Source of the DNA: Octopus sinensis
Taxonomy: Eukaryota
Reading direction: 5' to 3'
Length of the DNA: 64,000 nucleotides
Assembly (NCBI RefSeq): GCF_006345805.1
Contig: NC_043004.1
Span: 26,164,001-26,228,000 of the forward strand
Shown here one piece after another: positions 1 to 64,000 of this stretch. The position numbers and the translations under genes were made by a program. The number at the start of each line of letters is the position of its first letter. Within the stretch, counting starts at the first letter, position 1. The notes under the pieces were generated by a model. It saw only the letters and a list, made by a program, of their open reading frames with translations, made no database searches and was not told where the DNA came from.

Positions 1-384
1 TTATGCAACAATGTAGAACTGAATGAGAAAACGAAGGAACCTCTAATTAGTTGCCCTAAAAATAGCAGCCAAATTACTTTCAAACCCCCACATCACCCTC
101 TTAGAAGGAAGATGAACACAATAGGTAGTGTAGTCCTAGATATACTATGTTTGAAAAAGACAAATGTATTTCAGTCATGATGGCTTTACTTGAAATACTT
201 TTTATTATGTCTCTTTAACCGGAGCTCTCCAAATCTCTCTCAAATCATATCTCTCTTAAGAAAAGAGTGGGGACAAAAGCTGTAATATTTACAGTTGTAA
301 TATTTCTAATTACGACTCTAATCAACCAGGGCTGACCTAAGATTAAACAACAACAGCCCTGGTAAAGAAAACGATTTTTCTTAC

Positions 385-58732
<58,348 letters not shown>

Positions 58733-59139
58733 CTGAAATAATAGATACACACCGAAACAGCTAAGCTACGTATATAGTTGTGGTAGTTACTTCAATAAAT
58801 ATGGTCTCAGCTTTAAATGTTTTTATCATTGCAACAATATCAACGGTTGGTGTAGTTCCTTAGCACTGAGTCAAACCTGATCCAATTTTTTTTTATCAGG
58901 CATTGTGTATCTAGGTCTTTGTTATTTAATGTATTCCCACTTTTTTAAGACGACAGGATGTAATTTGAGGTTGATTTTACTGCTAATGCTAGCAATTCCA
59001 GCGACCGCATAGAAACGCCACTAAACAATAAATATTCTACAAATGTCTACTAAGATAGTAGAGTTAGATATGGGACAGCGTAGTGGTTGGGCGACTGCTA
59101 TGTATAGGCATGTCATTTGTATGACATATACTCTTTACT

Positions 59140-59362
59140 CTCTCCTTTACTTGTTTCAGTCATTTGACTGCGGCCATGCTGGAGCACCGCCTTTAGTCGA
59201 GCAAATCGACCCCGGGACTTATTCTTTGTAAGCCCAGTACTTATTCTATCGGTTCTTTTGCCGAACCGCTAAGTGACGGGGACGTAAACACACCAGCAAT
59301 GGTTGTCAAGCAATGCTAGGGGGACAAACACAGACACACAAACACACACACAGACACACACA

Positions 59363-59422
<60 letters not shown>

Positions 59423-59595
59423 CATATATACGACAGGCTTCTTTCAGTTTCCGTCTACCAAATCCACTCACAAGGCATTGGTCGACCCGGGGCTATAGCA
59501 GAAGACACTTGCCCAAGATGCCACGCAGTGGGACTGAACCCGGAACCATGTGGTAGGTTAGCAAGCTACTTACCACACAGCCACTCCTGCGCCTA
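59140..59595 (-). mobile_element. tRNA-derived SINE family A, complete copy
   Basis: A-box and B-box head on the minus strand, internal (TA)/(CA) tract, conserved body. Confidence 0.85.
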
Positions 59596-59739
59596 TATAT
59601 ATATAGACATTTGCTGTTTAATAATTTAATGGAAGCGAAATCGGGATTAATATATGGGCTATGGACATGTGGAGGACAAGAGGGTCGTCCCTAATAAGCA
59701 AGTTGTGTGTGTGTGTGTGTTGTGTGTGTGTGTATGTGT

Positions 59740-59796
<57 letters not shown>

Positions 59797-61278
59797 CGCG
59801 TGCATATATATGTGTTTCAGACTTTACATTGCGGCAATGCTGGAGCACCTTCTTTTTATATGGCGCTCACTACTATCGTTGGTATTGATTTTATTGACCT
59901 CATGAAGTATTAGAGACAATATCAATTTCTATTACCTAGAATCAAATCTCCCAAACCTTAATTGTAAAATGATTGTTTTTGCTGGAAGTAGTGAAAGTCA
60001 TAACTTTTATACATTTTCCCAAAGCTCCGTTAATTCCCAATCTACCGTTTAAAAAGGGAAGAACATTTCACATAACGTAGTTCTAGATTTACTATTTCTT
60101 GTTAGGGCCATGTTTAAGTGGTCAAATACCTTGGTGATTCAACGATAAAATGAACCCCAGCTTCCACATCGAAACATGTTATTATTCTCCCCATCCACGC
60201 ACTCACACATAAAGACTTTACGGGCCCATGGGCCTGCTTGGTCCCACTGCTGCAATACCTATGGCATCTATCTGAAGATGACGCTGGTCATCAACCAGTT
60301 CAATGAAGACTGACTCAATTCAAAAAGCAACAACAATGATATCTCGTCAGATGATGTAGAAAATAAACTCAATAGTTGTCAATTATGACGTTAGTAACGG
60401 GCAATGAAATAGCAGAATCGATAGAATATACCTTGCAGTATTTATGACCTTTTGTGATCTGAGTTCAACTTGTAAGTCAATTTTGTTGATAAAGTACTGG
60501 AGTCAATTTAACTGAAATTTTCTTCTCCTCAAATTTGAGGAACAAGTAATTGTGTTATTTTCGAAGATAAAATACGAACACCACAAATCAACTTAGTCAC
60601 ACCTGACCTTGAGCTTAAAACAAAAACAACTACAATCACGACCGATAACAACAACAACACTGCCCTTTCTTAAACACAATTCTAACCTTTCGTTTTCTCC
60701 AATCGGATTATCTGATTACACACACACACACACACACACTCTTCTCTGATCACATCAAACCAAATCCTAGTCGTGCGTTTTACCAAATCTACGCTGTGTT
60801 TATGTTGCTGCCCCAACAAAGACATCGTTTGATATTATTTATCCTCTTCTTTCTTTCAACTCTTCAAAACATTTCGTTCGACAACATTATGAAAGAAACG
60901 TCCAGGTTTTATTGTACTTGCAATTTTACGTATTACCCCATTTCCGTTTTCCTCTTTATCCTTGTTTATTTTCTTTTATATATTTTCTTTTAATATGTTT
61001 CTTTGTTTTCTTTTCTTTTGGATTTTGTGTTTGTTAATCTTATTTTCTCTGTTTAATCAAATGAAATGACAAAGTCTTCCACTTTGTTGATCGGGAAATA
61101 AAATAGAAAAGAAAAGAGAAAAAATAATACCGTAAGGCTCTTGGATAGAAATTTTATCTCACCCTTATTCCGCCAACGTCTTCCTTCATGTACTTCTATC
61201 CAGAAGACACTTTATACATATATTTATTTATTCAATTATATATTTATTTATTTATTAAATTTTTTGTTTATTTGTTTG

Positions 61279-61612
61279 TTGGTTGGCTGGTTGGTTGGCT
61301 GGCTGGTTGGTTGGCTGGATGGTTGGCTGGTTGGTTGGTTGGCTGGTTGGTTGGTTGGCTGGTTGGTTGGCTGGTTGGCTGGCTGGTTGGCTGGCTGGTT
61401 GGCTGGTTGGTCAGCTGGTTGGCTGGCTGGTTGGTTGGCTGGTTAGTTGGCTGGCTGTTTGGCTGGCTGTTTGGCTGGTTGGTTGGCTGGTTGGCTGGTT
61501 GGCTGGTTGGTCAGCTGGTTGGCTGGTTGGCTGGTTGGTTGGTTGGTTGGTTGGTTGTTGGTTGGTTGGTTGGTTGGTTGGTTGGTTGGTTAGTTGATTG
61601 GCTGGTTGGTTG
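61279..61612. repeat. (GGTT/GGCT)n tetranucleotide tract
   Basis: Direct reading; explains the WLVG/LAG ORFs. Confidence 0.95.
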
Positions 61613-61619
61613 GCTTATA

Positions 61620-63545
61620 ACATTATGCGATTATTGTTTATTATTTTTCTCAATGCACAAGGCATCAGCCCTCCCACCAATACCCAAAAATGGAAGATCC
61701 AATTTATTGAGGACTGGGTTAATGACCATCCACACCATATCCCTTTTTTCGTCCTCACAGAGACCCATCTCAATAACCTTCACTTGGAAGCTCAGGTGAG
61801 AGTGAAGAATTTTACAGCCATCTGTGTAGATCGTGTCGGCAGAAGAAAGGGTGGGACCGCCATTTTTGTGCACAATTCTTTTTCAGCTGAAGCAATGGAC
61901 GTATTTACCAACAGCTACTGTGAAGCAGCTTCTGCGTTTTGTAAAACCAACAATTTAATAGTAGTTGGGCTCTATAAGCCGCCCCTAGCTCCTTTTCTAC
62001 GGTTCAAGGAATGCCTCAACAGTATTAAGTGTTCCACCCATCAGTATCATGATGACAACATATTAATGATAGGGGACTTCAACCTTCCCAATGTTGATAG
62101 GTCCACAAACAGCTTGAAACAAGAATTTTCCACCCCAACCTCTGATAAGGAAGCATGGATGAGTTTTTCCTAACCCAGCAACAAGGTGTTACAAAACACA
62201 TTGGATCTAGTGTTCAATAACCACACTGACACTATCCTCAATATTGCAGTGCAAATAAACACCACTACTCTCAGACCATGACATGGTTCTCTGCGATCTG
62301 AGAATTCTGCTACCCAAATATCAAATCCAGTGGCATCTCTCCAGTCCATCCATTTGACACTATGGAGCTTCATAACGCAGACTGGGATGCGATCAATCAT
62401 GATCTTTCACAAGTTGATTGGGCCTTCCCGCACGCACCCCCCTCCAACATAGACACATCATGGCAGACATTTGTAGATACTGTGACAAATATATGTGCGC
62501 AACATACTCTATCAAGATCAGTATACAAATCTACGTGCAGAATACTTAGAAATAGAAGAACAATTATAAGAAAAATAAAAAGAATTAAGAAAATCAACCA
62601 ATTTAAATACTACCAGCAGCAACGCACCCATTCAACTGCCATTGCATCACTCGAATCGAAAAAAACACGACCTCCAAAACAGCATGATGATCATCATTAA
62701 CAGTCAAATTGCAGCTGAGGAGAGTTGAGCCATCGAGAAAATAAAATGCAATCCTAAAATGTTCTTTCCATTTGCAAAAAAAAACAACAACCCCAAAACA
62801 TAAAGACGCTGTTTCCACTGTTGGTCCTCTGGTTGACGAGAACAACACTCTGCAGGATGATGCAAAATCCATGTGCGAGATACTGCAGAGACAATACTAC
62901 CCTATCTTCAGTAACCCTAATGCGGTTGATCTGGCTAGTATCAGTGACGTAAACCCTCAACTAACCATATCTGACATAACTTATGGTGCTCCTGATATCC
63001 TAAGAGAAAAAAACACAACGCGGCAGTAGGTCTCGATAAGATCCCGGCCACTGTCCTGAAGATGTGTCGACATCAAATTGCACCCCCTCTAGCTGAGCTC
63101 TGGAGAAACTCACTTGATGCAGGCTAATTCCTGGTAATTTTCTTTTCCAGTCTGTCGTTCCATTCTTCAAAAGGGAAACAAATCTCTTGCAGTGAACTAC
63201 CACCCGATTTCACTCACTTCTCATATCATTAAAGTATTTGAGAGGGTGGTGAGATCGCGAATAACTCACTTCCTCGAAGACAACAATCTGCTGAACCCCA
63301 ACCAGCATGGGTTCCGTGATGGCAGGGACTGCTTGTCGCAGATTTTGCTTATTTTTATGATATCTTAAAAGCTTTGGGAGAGAGCTCCAACACTGTCGTT
63401 ATATACCTTGATTTCAGCAAGGTATTTGACAGAGTGAGCCACAAAATCCTGCTGAAGAAACTGTACAACATTGGAGTTTGTGGAAAGCTGCTGCAATGGA
63501 TAAAGTGTTTCCTGACGAACATAACTCAACATGTAATCTCAAGTT
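61620..63545 (+). mobile_element. Frameshifted CR1/L2-like LINE: APE endonuclease plus RT N-terminal part
   Basis: LTETHL, VVGLYKPP, IGDFNLP, QHGFR..R.C, YLDFSKVFDRVSH..LL.KL..GV.GKLLQWI..FL. Confidence 0.88.
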
Positions 63546-63727
63546 TTAAAACAAACATAATTTTCGTATGGTTCTTTAGGCATTCACTAGTACAACACTA
63601 AGTACAAAACCGAATATATAGCACCCTAGACATAACACCAATATGTACTTCCAACTTGTTGTCTCTTGAGGTCTCTGGGTGAAACTTGGAGCCAGTTTGT
63701 GCAAATGTAAAGCAAAAGTCAAACATA

Positions 63728-63801
<74 letters not shown>

Positions 63802-64000
63802 GCGAAAATCCAAATGTGACTTACATTGGCTCAGCATTTGCACGCTTTTAAGAAAAAAAATGATGAACTCGGCAGGCTTAGTAAATATATTTGGGAATTA
63901 AAAACCAAAGATATAAAGTATAAATTAAAATGGGAAATAATATGTAAAACGAAATCATATAGAATAGGTATTGAATTCTGTTTTCTGTGTACACACGAAT

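Noticed and set aside
61141-61799. WLVG-repeat ORFs
   Set aside because: Translation of the (GGTT/GGCT)n tract.
63810-63900. Possible signal-peptide exon of the protease (GTAAGT donor near 63824)
   Set aside because: No convincing start codon or hydrophobic leader in an open frame, and the phase does not link to the RRNA exon without a further unseen exon.

Overview
AT-rich, microsatellite-dense animal genomic DNA. The repeat content and style suggest an octopus or other cephalopod (inference, not searched). One host gene runs across the window on the minus strand. Eight exons (58732 to 385) with GT-AG ends and matching phases encode an astacin (M12A) zinc metalloprotease followed by a Sushi/CCP domain and a MAM domain; both ends of the gene lie outside what I could identify. 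The introns are filled with transposon remnants: head-to-tail and nested Helitrons, several Penelope-like elements (PLEs) of two types, mariner remnants, a DD37D (maT) element with intact TIRs, tRNA-derived SINEs, MITE-like hairpins and a CR1-like LINE. The most notable unexplained structure is a non-coding ~476-bp tandem array (44366-47650; about 5.2 direct plus 1.8 inverted copies). Every unit carries a candidate type I hammerhead ribozyme (HHR), so it looks like a retrozyme-type element inside the 25-kb intron that splits the protease domain. About a dozen further HHR or HHR-derived motifs are scattered through the window, including four with the compensatory U3-A8 core and one at the tail of a tRNA-headed SINE-like element. 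All folds were read by eye, with no computation or database search. Repeat boundaries are approximate unless termini are quoted.
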